This document shows positions 18,053 through 27,386 of a stretch of 64,000 bases of DNA, in pieces. The stretch's first letter is position 1. Every line of letters starts with the position of its first letter. Below the pieces are notes generated by a model. The model was not told the origin of the DNA. It saw nothing but the letters and a program-made list of their open reading frames with translations, and ran no database searches. Position numbers and translations under genes: made by a program. Source of the stretch: Candidatus Aminicenantes bacterium (GTDB lineage Bacteria; Acidobacteriota; Aminicenantia; UBA2199); contig JADFDP010000005.1 in assembly GCA_018262835.1 (NCBI GenBank), positions 276 through 64,275 of the forward strand, written 5' to 3'.

Positions 18053-18883
18053 ATGAAAAAAGTATTTCGCGTCTTGCTGTCCGTTCTGTTCCTTTCCTTG
18101 CTGACCACCGCCGCATCTTTCGCGCAAAGTGATATTGCGGGAAGCAAAGACCACCCGTTGTTCAGCCGCCTGCCGGGTTTCTATATCGCCGTTTACGAGG
18201 CGAGCGATTTCAACTCGCACACCTTCTGGAACGAGAAGCGCGACCCGGTCAAGGTCGACGGCCGCTACTACCAGATCCAGTACGAGCCCAAGGCGGGAAC
18301 GACCCCGCCCTCGACGCTGCAGATCCACCGCAATTACGAGAACGCCATCCGGCAGATCGGAGGCATCGTGCTGTATAGCGATGACGAGTATTCGTACATG
18401 AAGCTCGTCAAGGGTGACAAGGAGATCTGGGTGGAGCTGACCGCCTACGGCCCCAAGCCGAACCTGGTCATCATCGAAAAGCAGGCCATGAAGCAGGACG
18501 TGCTGGCCAACGCCGACGCCTTCGCCAAGGATATCCGCAGCACCGGCCATGCGGCAGTCTACGGCATCTACTTCGACACCGGCAAGTCCGTGCTCAAGCC
18601 CGAGTCGGAAACGGCCCTGAAGGAGATCGCCAGGCTGCTGCAGGACGATCCGGGATTGCAGGTGCACGTGGTCGGTCACACCGATAATGTCGGCGGGCTC
18701 GAAGCCAACATGAAGCTTTCCCTGGACCGGGCCAACGCCGTGGTCCGGGACCTGACCGCCAAACGCGGCATCGTTGCCTCGCGCCTGAAGGCCGGCGGCG
18801 TCGGGCCGCTCGCCCCCGTGGCCGCGAACGATTCCGATGCCGGCAAGGCCAAGAACCGCAGGGTGGAGCTGGTCAAGCAATAA
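18053..18883 (+). CDS. OmpA-family peptidoglycan-binding protein with DUF4892-like N-terminus
   Basis: GSKDHPL.SR, IYFDTGK, VGHTD, LS..RA, NRRVE; GGAGGA SD. Confidence 0.9.
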   Translation: MKKVFRVLLSVLFLSLLTTAASFAQSDIAGSKDHPLFSRLPGFYIAVYEASDFNSHTFWNEKRDPVKVDGRYYQIQYEPKAGTTPPSTLQIHRNYENAIRQIGGIVLYSDDEYSYMKLVKGDKEIWVELTAYGPKPNLVIIEKQAMKQDVLANADAFAKDIRSTGHAAVYGIYFDTGKSVLKPESETALKEIARLLQDDPGLQVHVVGHTDNVGGLEANMKLSLDRANAVVRDLTAKRGIVASRLKAGGVGPLAPVAANDSDAGKAKNRRVELVKQ

Positions 18884-18947
18884 ACACGAGGGGCCGTTCT
18901 TGAAATAACCGTTTTTCTGCAGTGGACCCCTGGGCCCGGAGCCGGGC

Positions 18948-18984
18948 TTGACAATCCCGTTTTTATATAGTAGCATTACAATAT
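18948..18984 (+). promoter_or_regulatory. Promoter (TTGACA-17-TAGCAT) overlapped by a palindrome, probable PadR operator
   Basis: TTGACA 18948-18953, TAGCAT 18971-18976, ATATAGTA-gcat-TACAATAT. Confidence 0.65.
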
Positions 18985-18987
18985 ACT

Positions 18988-19533
18988 ATGAATACAATAA
19001 CAAACAAGGAAGCGGCGCTGCTGAACCTGCTGTCTGAAAAACCCAAGCATGCCTACGAGATCGAGCAGGACATCCAGGAGCGCGACATGCGCTTCTGGAC
19101 GGAGATTTCCATGTCCTCGGTCTACAAGCTGCTCAACAAGCTCGAAGCGCAGCAGTTGCTCAGGAGCACGGTCAGGCTTTCAAAAAAGCAGGTGGCCCAG
19201 AAAATATACACGCTGACGGCCAGGGGCAGGAAGGCGTTCCGGGACAAGTTGCTGCTCCTGCTATCGACCTGGGAGGCAAGCAAGCATCCGCTGGACATCG
19301 GCCTGGCCAGCCTGTGGCTGCTGGGCAGCGAGGAGGCGATCGCCCTGCTGACGAAATACGGCGAGCACCTGGAGCGCATGCGGGTCTGCTACGCCGAGCT
19401 CGAAAAATACCTCAAGGAGCACCAGTGCCCGCCCGGCAACGTACAGCTGGCGACCCGGCGGCTGCATATGCTGGGCGGCGAGAAAAAATGGCTGCAGGAG
19501 TTCATCCAGGAGCTGCAAGATGAAAAAAAGTAG
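18988..19533 (+). CDS. PadR family regulator
   Basis: LL.EKP.HAYEI, SSVY..L.KLE, KIY.LT..G. Confidence 0.9.
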   Translation: MNTITNKEAALLNLLSEKPKHAYEIEQDIQERDMRFWTEISMSSVYKLLNKLEAQQLLRSTVRLSKKQVAQKIYTLTARGRKAFRDKLLLLLSTWEASKHPLDIGLASLWLLGSEEAIALLTKYGEHLERMRVCYAELEKYLKEHQCPPGNVQLATRRLHMLGGEKKWLQEFIQELQDEKK

Positions 19534-19581
19534 CTTGACGGCCCCGGCGGCGGGATTTTCGGGGACGGGAGCGGCCAAGCA

Positions 19582-21846
19582 ATGAACGGCAGTATCGTCA
19601 TCACCAACGCCAGCACCCATAACCTGAAGAACGTTTCCCTGAAGATACCGAAAAAAAAGATCGTCGCCTTCACCGGCGTGTCCGGGTCGGGCAAATCCTC
19701 CCTGGTGTTCGACACGATCTACACCGAGGCGCAGCGGCAGCTGATCGAAACGTTCTCCTCGTTCGCCCGGGCGCGCCTGCCCAAGCTGTCCCGGCCCCCG
19801 GTGGACGAGATACGCAATATTTCGACGGCCATCGTCATCGACCAGAAGCGCATGGGCGTGAACCTGCGCAGCACGGTCGGGACGGTCACCGAGATCAGCA
19901 CCTACCTGCGCCTGCTCTTCTCCCGCTGCGGCGACCGCTTCATCGGCCCCTCCTTCATGTTCGGCTTCAACCATCCCCAGGGCATGTGCCCCGACTGCAA
20001 GGGGATCGGCCAGATGATCTCCGTGGACGTCGACCGCCTGATCCGCTGGGAGAAAACGATCCGCGAGGGGGCCATCGATCATCCCGATTACCGCGTCGGC
20101 GGCTGGCACTGGCGCGAGATCATGGCCATGGACCTGTTCCCGGTCGACACGCCCCTGCGGGATTTCAGCGAGCGGGACCGGCAGCGCTTCCTCTACGCCG
20201 AGGCCATCCCCGTCGAAAAAAGGCATGGCGCGGGCATCTACACGAAAAACTTCGAGGGCGTGGCCCGCAAGCTGCAGCGGCTGCACCTGAGCAAGCCGGC
20301 GGAGCAGCTGAACAAGCCCAGGCGCTCCGCTTACGATAAATATTTCGTGCAGCAGGAGTGCCCCGGCTGCGGCGGCAGCCGCATCAGCGGCCTGGCGCGC
20401 TCCGTGCGCGTCAACGGCAAGAACATCGCCGAGCTGTCGCAAATGGAGCTGGGCGACCTGGACGGGTTCCTGGCCGCGGTGGCGGGCGACATCGCCAGGC
20501 CGCTGGTGGCGAAAGCAAGGCAAATTCTCTCGCACCTGATCGAGATCGGCGTCGGCTACCTGTCGCTGAGCCGGCCGGTGTCCACCCTCTCCGGCGGCGA
20601 AAGCCAGCGGGTCAAGATGGCGCGGCAGCTGGACTGCGACCTGGTCGACATGATGTACATCCTCGACGAACCGTCCATCGGGCTCCATGCCAAGGACATC
20701 GGCCAATTGCTGGAAATGCTGCGCCAGCTCAAGGACAAGGGAAATACCGTGCTGATCGTCGAGCATGATCCCGCCGTCATGGCCTGCGCCGAGCATATCG
20801 TGGACATCGGGCCCGGGGCGGGCAGCCTGGGCGGAGAGATCGTTTTTTCGGGCTCGTTCAACGACCTGAAAAAACAGGCGCACAACCTGACCGCGCATTA
20901 TTTGAACAAAAGGGAACCGACGCGTCGCGAACGCAAAAAATGGACCGACGCCATCGAGATCCGCGATGCCGCCCTGCATAACCTGAAGAACATCTCCACC
21001 CGGATTCCCCGAGGCGTGCTAACGTGCATCACCGGGGTCGCCGGCTCGGGCAAAAGCAGCCTGATCAACGACTGCTTCCTGGCCCGCAACCGCGAGGCCG
21101 TCATTGTCGACCAGTCGCCGGTCGGCCGCAGTTCGCGCTCCAATCCCCTGACCTATATCGGCGTATTCGAAGCGGTGCGCCGGGAGTTCGCCAGGGCCGT
21201 GAACAGGCCGGCAGCCCTGTTCAGCTTCAATTCCAGGGGCGCCTGCCCGAAATGCAGGGGACTCGGCGCCATCGCCGTGGAAATGAGCTTCCTGGACGAG
21301 GTCAAGATCGTCTGCGACGAATGCCAGGGGAAACGATACACGGAGGAGGTCCTGGCCTTGACGGTCAAGGGCAAGAATATCCATGACGTCCTCGGTATGA
21401 CGGCCAGGGAAGCCATCGATTATTTTTCCGGCCAGGAGATCAAGAGAAAGCTGCAGGTGCTGTGCGCCGTGGGCCTGGAATATCTTGAGCTCGGGCAGCC
21501 CCTGAGCACCCTCTCAGGCGGCGAATGCCAGCGGATCAAGCTGGCGTCCGAGCTGCACAAGAAAGGCCGAGTCTATATCATGGACGAGCCGACGACCGGC
21601 CTGCATATGGCCGACATCGACAAGCTGCTGGGCATCATCCGCGACCTGGTGAAGCAGGACAACACGGTGATCGTCATCGAGCACAACCTGGACGTGATCC
21701 GCCAGGCCGATTGGATCATCGACCTCGGCCCCGAAGGCGGCAGCAGGGGCGGGGAGATCGTTTTCGCGGGAACCCCGGAAGACCTGATCCAATGTGACAG
21801 CAGTCATACGGGAAAGTACCTGAACGACTACTGCCGCGGCTGCTGA
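19582..21846 (+). CDS. UvrA-like (class II / DrrC-type) ABC ATPase
   Basis: Two GVSGSGKSS/GVAGSGKSS Walker A, two LSGGE, zinc-finger CxxC pairs; only 754 aa. Confidence 0.9.
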   Translation: MNGSIVITNASTHNLKNVSLKIPKKKIVAFTGVSGSGKSSLVFDTIYTEAQRQLIETFSSFARARLPKLSRPPVDEIRNISTAIVIDQKRMGVNLRSTVGTVTEISTYLRLLFSRCGDRFIGPSFMFGFNHPQGMCPDCKGIGQMISVDVDRLIRWEKTIREGAIDHPDYRVGGWHWREIMAMDLFPVDTPLRDFSERDRQRFLYAEAIPVEKRHGAGIYTKNFEGVARKLQRLHLSKPAEQLNKPRRSAYDKYFVQQECPGCGGSRISGLARSVRVNGKNIAELSQMELGDLDGFLAAVAGDIARPLVAKARQILSHLIEIGVGYLSLSRPVSTLSGGESQRVKMARQLDCDLVDMMYILDEPSIGLHAKDIGQLLEMLRQLKDKGNTVLIVEHDPAVMACAEHIVDIGPGAGSLGGEIVFSGSFNDLKKQAHNLTAHYLNKREPTRRERKKWTDAIEIRDAALHNLKNISTRIPRGVLTCITGVAGSGKSSLINDCFLARNREAVIVDQSPVGRSSRSNPLTYIGVFEAVRREFARAVNRPAALFSFNSRGACPKCRGLGAIAVEMSFLDEVKIVCDECQGKRYTEEVLALTVKGKNIHDVLGMTAREAIDYFSGQEIKRKLQVLCAVGLEYLELGQPLSTLSGGECQRIKLASELHKKGRVYIMDEPTTGLHMADIDKLLGIIRDLVKQDNTVIVIEHNLDVIRQADWIIDLGPEGGSRGGEIVFAGTPEDLIQCDSSHTGKYLNDYCRGC

Positions 21847-21878
21847 GCTCCGGGGTCATAGGCTTCGAGGGGCGGGGA

Positions 21879-22472
21879 TTACTTCGCCACCATGACGACC
21901 CTGGCGCGCAGCTCGTCGGGCAGGACCTGGAAGACGGCATATTTTTTAAGCTTGACCAGGGCGGCCTCTTTTTTCTCCGGGCTCATCTTGGCGAGCTTGA
22001 AATTCTTTTTGCCGACCAGCAAGCCGACCAGGCCTCCGGCCGTGGAGGTCAAGACCGCGATCAGGGCCCCGGTGATCAGGGCCGCCGCCACGACAATGGG
22101 CACGATCAGGATGGCGGCGATGGCGTTCTCCTGGTCGGTCTTTATCGACGCGATCAGCAGCGCAGCCAGCCCGACGCCGATCCCCAGCCCGACCAGCATA
22201 CCGATGCCGGCCTTGCTTTTCTTGATGCTGACGCGCTCGACCTCGGGGAAGGCGATCCCCAGCAGTTCGCCGCTCTCCCTTTCCTTGAGCACGAGCAGCT
22301 CCCGGTCGACGTAGAGCATGGTGCCTTTGTATGCGGCTCCCCGGGCATGGATCGTCACCTTGTTGCTGCGGATCTTCTTTTCGCCGGCGAAGATGGAAAC
22401 GGGAAAGGCCAGCGCCAGGACAAGGACCAGGCTGAGCCCCCTGCCGGCAAGACGTAGATCGGATCGGGTCAT
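21879..22472 (-). CDS. Hypothetical membrane protein
   Basis: GGAGG SD, signal peptide, Gly-rich TM pair. Confidence 0.7.
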   Translation of the reverse strand: MTRSDLRLAGRGLSLVLVLALAFPVSIFAGEKKIRSNKVTIHARGAAYKGTMLYVDRELLVLKERESGELLGIAFPEVERVSIKKSKAGIGMLVGLGIGVGLAALLIASIKTDQENAIAAILIVPIVVAAALITGALIAVLTSTAGGLVGLLVGKKNFKLAKMSPEKKEAALVKLKKYAVFQVLPDELRARVVMVAK

Positions 22473-22623
22473 TTTTTCCTCCCGCAAGATGCCTTTCGCC
22501 TCTGCTTTCATCAGCCGGTACGAGGCGGCGGTTGCTTCATTGGCTATGTACCATGAACCACTCCCTGCTGTCAATCGGCGCTAACGTAAAATATTTTTCG
22601 CACATTTGCGCAGCATCCGTTTT

Positions 22624-23409
22624 TCAATCGCGCTGCATCAGGAAAAAAACGTGCCCGTAATAAGCCGAATACTTGCGGTACAGATCGATCTCCGTCTGGA
22701 TGGCGGCGAGCATCGCCATTTTTTCCGGATCCGCGGCGTGCTGCGCCCGCAGCGCGGGCAGGCGGGCTCCAAGCGGGTTATAATACAAATCCCACCAGGC
22801 CGATTCCGGCAATGGGAAGTGGCCGATCTCTTTGTAGCCGCAGGCCCGGATCATGGCCAGGTTGGCGCTCACGTCGGTCATGGCGGGATACTCGCCGGCA
22901 AAGAAACGGCGGCATGCGGCCGGCGCATCGGGCCTGAACCAGGTTATCTCGCCGATCGCCAGCAGCCCGTCCGCCGCCAGCATGGGGCGCCAGGCGGTCA
23001 GGCCGGCGCGGAATCCCATGATAAAGATGGCGCCCTCGCACCAGATCAGGTCGAACACCCCCTCCTCCGGTCCCAGGTCATGCATGTCTTTGAGTCGGGT
23101 CCGGATTTTATCGGCAACGCCGGCGGCCTCGGCCCTACGCTGGAGCTCATCCAGGTAAGGCTGGTGATTGTCCACGGCCAGGATCGTCCCGGCGATGTCC
23201 TTTGCCAGCCGGATCGTTTGCCCGCCGTTCCCGCAGCCGATATCCAGCACCCGCAATTTACGGGAACGAAAATCCTTCCCGGCGGATGATTTTGTCTCGA
23301 GCATCATGGCCAGCGCTTTTTTCGTTGACGCATCGTCTCCGGCCCCCAGGCGGGGCAACTGGGCGGAAAATATCTCGTGAATGAAATTCATTTGTTCTTG
23401 CATATCCAT
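22624..23409 (-). CDS. Class I SAM-dependent methyltransferase
   Basis: PRLG.G, VLDIGCGNGGQT, FDLIWCEGAI; AAGGAG SD. Confidence 0.9.
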   Translation of the reverse strand: MDMQEQMNFIHEIFSAQLPRLGAGDDASTKKALAMMLETKSSAGKDFRSRKLRVLDIGCGNGGQTIRLAKDIAGTILAVDNHQPYLDELQRRAEAAGVADKIRTRLKDMHDLGPEEGVFDLIWCEGAIFIMGFRAGLTAWRPMLAADGLLAIGEITWFRPDAPAACRRFFAGEYPAMTDVSANLAMIRACGYKEIGHFPLPESAWWDLYYNPLGARLPALRAQHAADPEKMAMLAAIQTEIDLYRKYSAYYGHVFFLMQRD

Positions 23410-23414
23410 TGTTA

Positions 23415-23614
23415 TTGTCTCCTTTTTTTGTGTGAAAACGGAATCACCCGCTTCATTTGTCAGGAATTGTTTTTGCCGGGAGAAATCGCACTCTCCATTC
23501 CGTCATCGGCGAGACGGTTGTCCTCACTTCGATGACGCGGCCGGGCCATGCGAATTTCTAGTTGGTTACAAGTACCATGTGCGGCCATTTTATCACAGCG
23601 AATCTTTTTGTCAA
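23415..23614 (-). promoter_or_regulatory. Promoter plus structured leader with 6-codon uORF MVLVTN (candidate attenuator)
   Basis: TTGACA 23614-23609, TGaTAAAAT 23595-23587, uORF 23578-23558, hairpins 23501-23537 and 23479-23496. Confidence 0.55.
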
Positions 23615-23715
23615 TTTTCGCAAGCAGTTAAAGTGGCCTTGGTGCCTATTGCCTTTTTCCTTTTGCTTTTTGAGCAACTCTTGACTATCTCTCTCTCCAT
23701 CCATACAATCGATCA

Positions 23716-24933
23716 ATGATGAAAAACAAACATTCTGTCTTGGCGACACTGCTGCTCCTGGCTCTCCCGGCGCTCCTGCCGGCTGCCGACAAGGCCTATC
23801 TGATCACCGAGCTGCACCCGGCCGGCAACGGCGTGGAGCTGATCCTGCGCGACCTGGAAACCGAGGGCAAGCTGCTCAAGCTGGTCGTCTTCGACCGGGA
23901 CCGCCTGGTCGACCTGGCTGCGGCTGAGGAGATCCCGGCCACGCGCGCCCGCCAGGGCGACCTCCTGTTCCTGGGCAAGAGCAACGGCAAGGCCACGCAG
24001 ATGATCATTACCCCGGGACGGTCCGTCCACCCCAAGCTGGCCGCCGGCCAGCCCGAGGAGGCGAAGACCATCGACGAGCTCAGCCGCCGGCTGGCGGCGG
24101 GAGCGGGCGCGAAAGCACCGGCCGCGGCTCCGCTGGGCGCGACGGACAGTGAACTGGACCGCGTGCGCCGCTCCTTCCTCTTCGTCCTCGAGTTCGCCCT
24201 GGGCGCCCCGTTCACCGCGGCGCAGGAGCGGCTCATCCTTGGCCAGTTCGGCCCCGCATGGTGGGCGGCCAAGAGCTTGGACGAAAAAAAGTCGTTCAAC
24301 CAGTACCCGCAGGTCGTGGCCTGGATCTTGCGCCCCGGCCAAAAGGAATTGGAAGAGATGCGCCAAACCCTGGAGGAAACGATCCGCCAGTGGCTAAAGG
24401 AGTCCCCCGCCTCTGACCCGGTGGTGGCCATGGTCCGTGCCCGCTTGGCGGAACGCGGCAAGATGCTGATAATAGGCGATCCGCCGCTGACCGAGATGGC
24501 CGCCTCGGCTTTCTGTGAATTGTATGCCTACTCCCGCCTCCTGCGCCGGAACGGCTCGGCGCTGCCGGCACAGCTGAGCGATGAAGACATGGCCAGCGTG
24601 CGCAACGACCTGCTGCGTGCCTGGCCCGGGTTTTCCTCTGCCGAGCGGGGCCAAGTGGCCACGGCCCCGGGGTTGTGGCTGGTGCTGCGCACCCTGGTTG
24701 TTCATGGCGACGCGGCACAGCGGGCGGCGGCGCGCAACCGGCTCCTTTCCGTCACGGCGGCCGAGACCCCGGCCGGGCGGGGCCGGCCGGCCGGCAGGGG
24801 CGGGAAGGGGAACAATGTCGTGAGCTCCATGATCAAGCACAACATCATGATGAATATCCGTCAGCAGACCTTCAACACCTACATGTGGAGCCGGGGATTC
24901 AATTATCAGCCGGCTACGGGCAGGATGTGGTAG
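23716..24933 (+). CDS. Hypothetical secreted protein
   Basis: Signal peptide, GGAG-free start but codon usage like neighbouring genes; 405 aa. Confidence 0.7.
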   Translation: MMKNKHSVLATLLLLALPALLPAADKAYLITELHPAGNGVELILRDLETEGKLLKLVVFDRDRLVDLAAAEEIPATRARQGDLLFLGKSNGKATQMIITPGRSVHPKLAAGQPEEAKTIDELSRRLAAGAGAKAPAAAPLGATDSELDRVRRSFLFVLEFALGAPFTAAQERLILGQFGPAWWAAKSLDEKKSFNQYPQVVAWILRPGQKELEEMRQTLEETIRQWLKESPASDPVVAMVRARLAERGKMLIIGDPPLTEMAASAFCELYAYSRLLRRNGSALPAQLSDEDMASVRNDLLRAWPGFSSAERGQVATAPGLWLVLRTLVVHGDAAQRAAARNRLLSVTAAETPAGRGRPAGRGGKGNNVVSSMIKHNIMMNIRQQTFNTYMWSRGFNYQPATGRMW

Positions 24934-25052
24934 TGCCTTGAAGCAGGGCATGGGGGCAGTTTTTAGCCCGGGAGGCATCGATGTCGGGTCTTGCCTTATG
25001 GCATTGGATCCGAAAAAACAATCCGATGCTTGTCGGTTCCTTACGCAGCGGC

Positions 25053-26006
25053 TCAGGGATTTTCCTGTTGGCGGGTGGCGATGAAATGGGTGAGCTGGCG
25101 ATAGTTCTTGACTCCGAGCTTGCGATATAGGTTGTAAATGTGGCTCTTGATCGTATGGATCGATATGTACAATAGGTCTTCCATCTGCCGGTTGGTTTTG
25201 CCGTCCAGGATCAATCTCAGGATCTCCAGTTCGCGGGCGGACACGCCATGGGTACGCTGCAGGGAGTCGAGCGGACTGTTGGCGTTGCTGAGCTTGCTCA
25301 GGGCGCCGGCCCAGGGGATATAATAGTATTTCAGCCAGAGAACCGGCAACAAGTTGGTGTAGAGGATCAGCAGTTTGGAAATAAAAAACTGCCAATGATC
25401 AAATTCCATGGCGCCCAGCAGGAATTTGGCGACCTGCAGCAGAATATGGCCGAAAAAAAGCCAGGCCATGGCCGTACCGGCGCGCCGCTGGCCCGGGTCG
25501 GGCCGGCGGCGGCTTTCCGCCAGCAGCCTGGCCAGCCAGACAGCCTGCAGCAGGGTCAGGGGCCAAAGATACAGGTTCCAGAAGTTGAGCAGCGGACTTT
25601 TGGGCATCAAGGCCGGTGAGTGCAGGGCCAGAAAGAAATAAGCCGTCAATCCCGCGGTAAAGAGAATCAGGGCCGGCAGGAGCCAGCGAGGCAGTTTCCT
25701 TTCGCCTTGCCAGGCGATGATCTTGTATTGGAAAATATACCATCCCAGGAGCAGCAGCGTGCGCAGGGGCCAATTCAGCCCCTTGAGCAGGAACTCGGAA
25801 CTTTTCAATTGCTCGGGGGTCAGGTTGCTGAAAAAATAGATGAGGATGAATTGGTCGAATTCGAACAAGTTGAAAATGAGCAGGAAACCCAGGAGCAGGC
25901 GCAGGCCGGCGTCGTGAAAGCGGCGCGACTTCTGCTGGAAATAGAGGATGGCCCAGACTCCGATCAGGAGATTGACGACCATGACCAGGACATTGAGGTG
26001 CTTCAT
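25053..26006 (-). CDS. Multi-TM membrane protein with C-terminal LuxR HTH
   Basis: Six to seven hydrophobic segments then SARELEIL..I..G.TN.....L.IS..TIK.H..N.Y.KLGV. Confidence 0.88.
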   Translation of the reverse strand: MKHLNVLVMVVNLLIGVWAILYFQQKSRRFHDAGLRLLLGFLLIFNLFEFDQFILIYFFSNLTPEQLKSSEFLLKGLNWPLRTLLLLGWYIFQYKIIAWQGERKLPRWLLPALILFTAGLTAYFFLALHSPALMPKSPLLNFWNLYLWPLTLLQAVWLARLLAESRRRPDPGQRRAGTAMAWLFFGHILLQVAKFLLGAMEFDHWQFFISKLLILYTNLLPVLWLKYYYIPWAGALSKLSNANSPLDSLQRTHGVSARELEILRLILDGKTNRQMEDLLYISIHTIKSHIYNLYRKLGVKNYRQLTHFIATRQQENP

Positions 26007-26087
26007 TTTGGATTATTCCAGGTTCGGCGCCTGAGTATAGACCAAGACTGTCCCCAAAGCAATATTTCCCCCGAGGAGGGTCAGGAA

Positions 26088-26116
26088 TTCGCATGATTTC
26101 CACAAAATCATACGAA
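26088..26116. promoter_or_regulatory. Inverted repeat between LuxR gene and divergent operon, probable operator
   Basis: TTCGCATGATTT-N5-AAATCATACGAA (11/12 match). Confidence 0.6.
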
Positions 26117-26202
26117 ATTCCCATAGGCAACCCCGGCAGCGCGCCGTATCATTGGCGGCAGATGGCGGCAAAGCCGGCCATCCTAAAGCCAAGGAGACCA
26201 TC

Positions 26203-27354
26203 ATGATTGCCAAAAAGTGCATGCACTTCATTCTTGCGGCCATGGCCGCGGTTTTTTTGCTGCCGCCGGCAGCCTCTGCCGCGGAGCCGGCCCTGCCGCT
26301 CGCGGTGCGCAGCGAAAAGATCGTTTCAGCCAAGGTCGGGGAGACCCGCGAGTTCCATGTTTCATTGCCCGATCACTATGTCACGTCGAGTGAAAAATAC
26401 CCCGTGCTGCTCATGCTGGACGGGGAGTTCAACTTCAACTCCGGGGTGATCGGCGGCTTGCGCCATGCGGCCCAGCTGGGCGAGATGCCGGAATTCATCA
26501 TCGTGGGCATCGTCAATACCGATCGCGCCAGGGATTGCTTCCCCGAGGAGCTGACCTACAGAGACGGCAGCAAGGCCGGGGGCCGGGCCGACCGCTTCCT
26601 GGACTTCATCGTGGACGAGCTGATCCCGCATATCGACAAGAATTACCGTAGCGAACAGTTCCGTGTGTTCTACGGCACGTCCAATACCGGCTTCACGGCC
26701 GTGTACGCGCTGTTCCGCAACCCGGGACTCGCCGATTATTATGTCGCCGCCAGCGCCACGCTGCGCGTGCCCTACTTTCTGGCCAAGCGCGACCAACTGA
26801 TCCGCGACTTCAAGGGCGGAGAGCGGAAGCTGAGCCTGGTGATGGGCGAGAACGACTTTCCCACCATCCTGAGCCAGAACGGGGAGCTGAAGGAAGCGTG
26901 TGACGTGATCGCGCCGACGGGCCTGGCCTGCCGCTTCACCGTGGTCGAGGACGCCGGGCATGTCCCGGACAACGCCCTGCTACAGGGGCTGCGACGCCTG
27001 TTCGCCGGCTGGAAGATCACCCAGCCACTCACAGAACACAGCTTTGCCGAGATCCGCGTTCAGGTGGACAATCGCCTCCAAAAATACGGCGTCTCCGGCA
27101 AGCTCCCTGAGAACGAACTCGAAAATCTGGGCGAAAGCCTGCTCAGGGAAAAGAAAAATGCCCGGGCCATTGAAATATTGCATTACAGGGTGGAGAGTTA
27201 TCCCCGCTCCGCCAATGCCCAGGTGAGCCTCGGCGATGCCTATCGTCAGAGTGGCAACCAGGGCCAAGCCCGGGAATGCTTTAAAAAGGCGCTGGCTTTG
27301 GCCCCGGGCCATACCGCGGCGGCAGACAGACTGAAAGAATTGGACGAAAAATAA
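26203..27354 (+). CDS. Secreted alpha/beta hydrolase (IroE/BesA-like esterase) with C-terminal TPR
   Basis: KYPVL.MLDG, IIVGI.N..R, GTSNTG nucleophile loop, GH, TPR tail; AAGGAG SD. Confidence 0.85.
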   Translation: MIAKKCMHFILAAMAAVFLLPPAASAAEPALPLAVRSEKIVSAKVGETREFHVSLPDHYVTSSEKYPVLLMLDGEFNFNSGVIGGLRHAAQLGEMPEFIIVGIVNTDRARDCFPEELTYRDGSKAGGRADRFLDFIVDELIPHIDKNYRSEQFRVFYGTSNTGFTAVYALFRNPGLADYYVAASATLRVPYFLAKRDQLIRDFKGGERKLSLVMGENDFPTILSQNGELKEACDVIAPTGLACRFTVVEDAGHVPDNALLQGLRRLFAGWKITQPLTEHSFAEIRVQVDNRLQKYGVSGKLPENELENLGESLLREKKNARAIEILHYRVESYPRSANAQVSLGDAYRQSGNQGQARECFKKALALAPGHTAAADRLKELDEK

Positions 27355-27386
27355 AACAGACAAATTCCCCGTTACGTAGTAATAAA

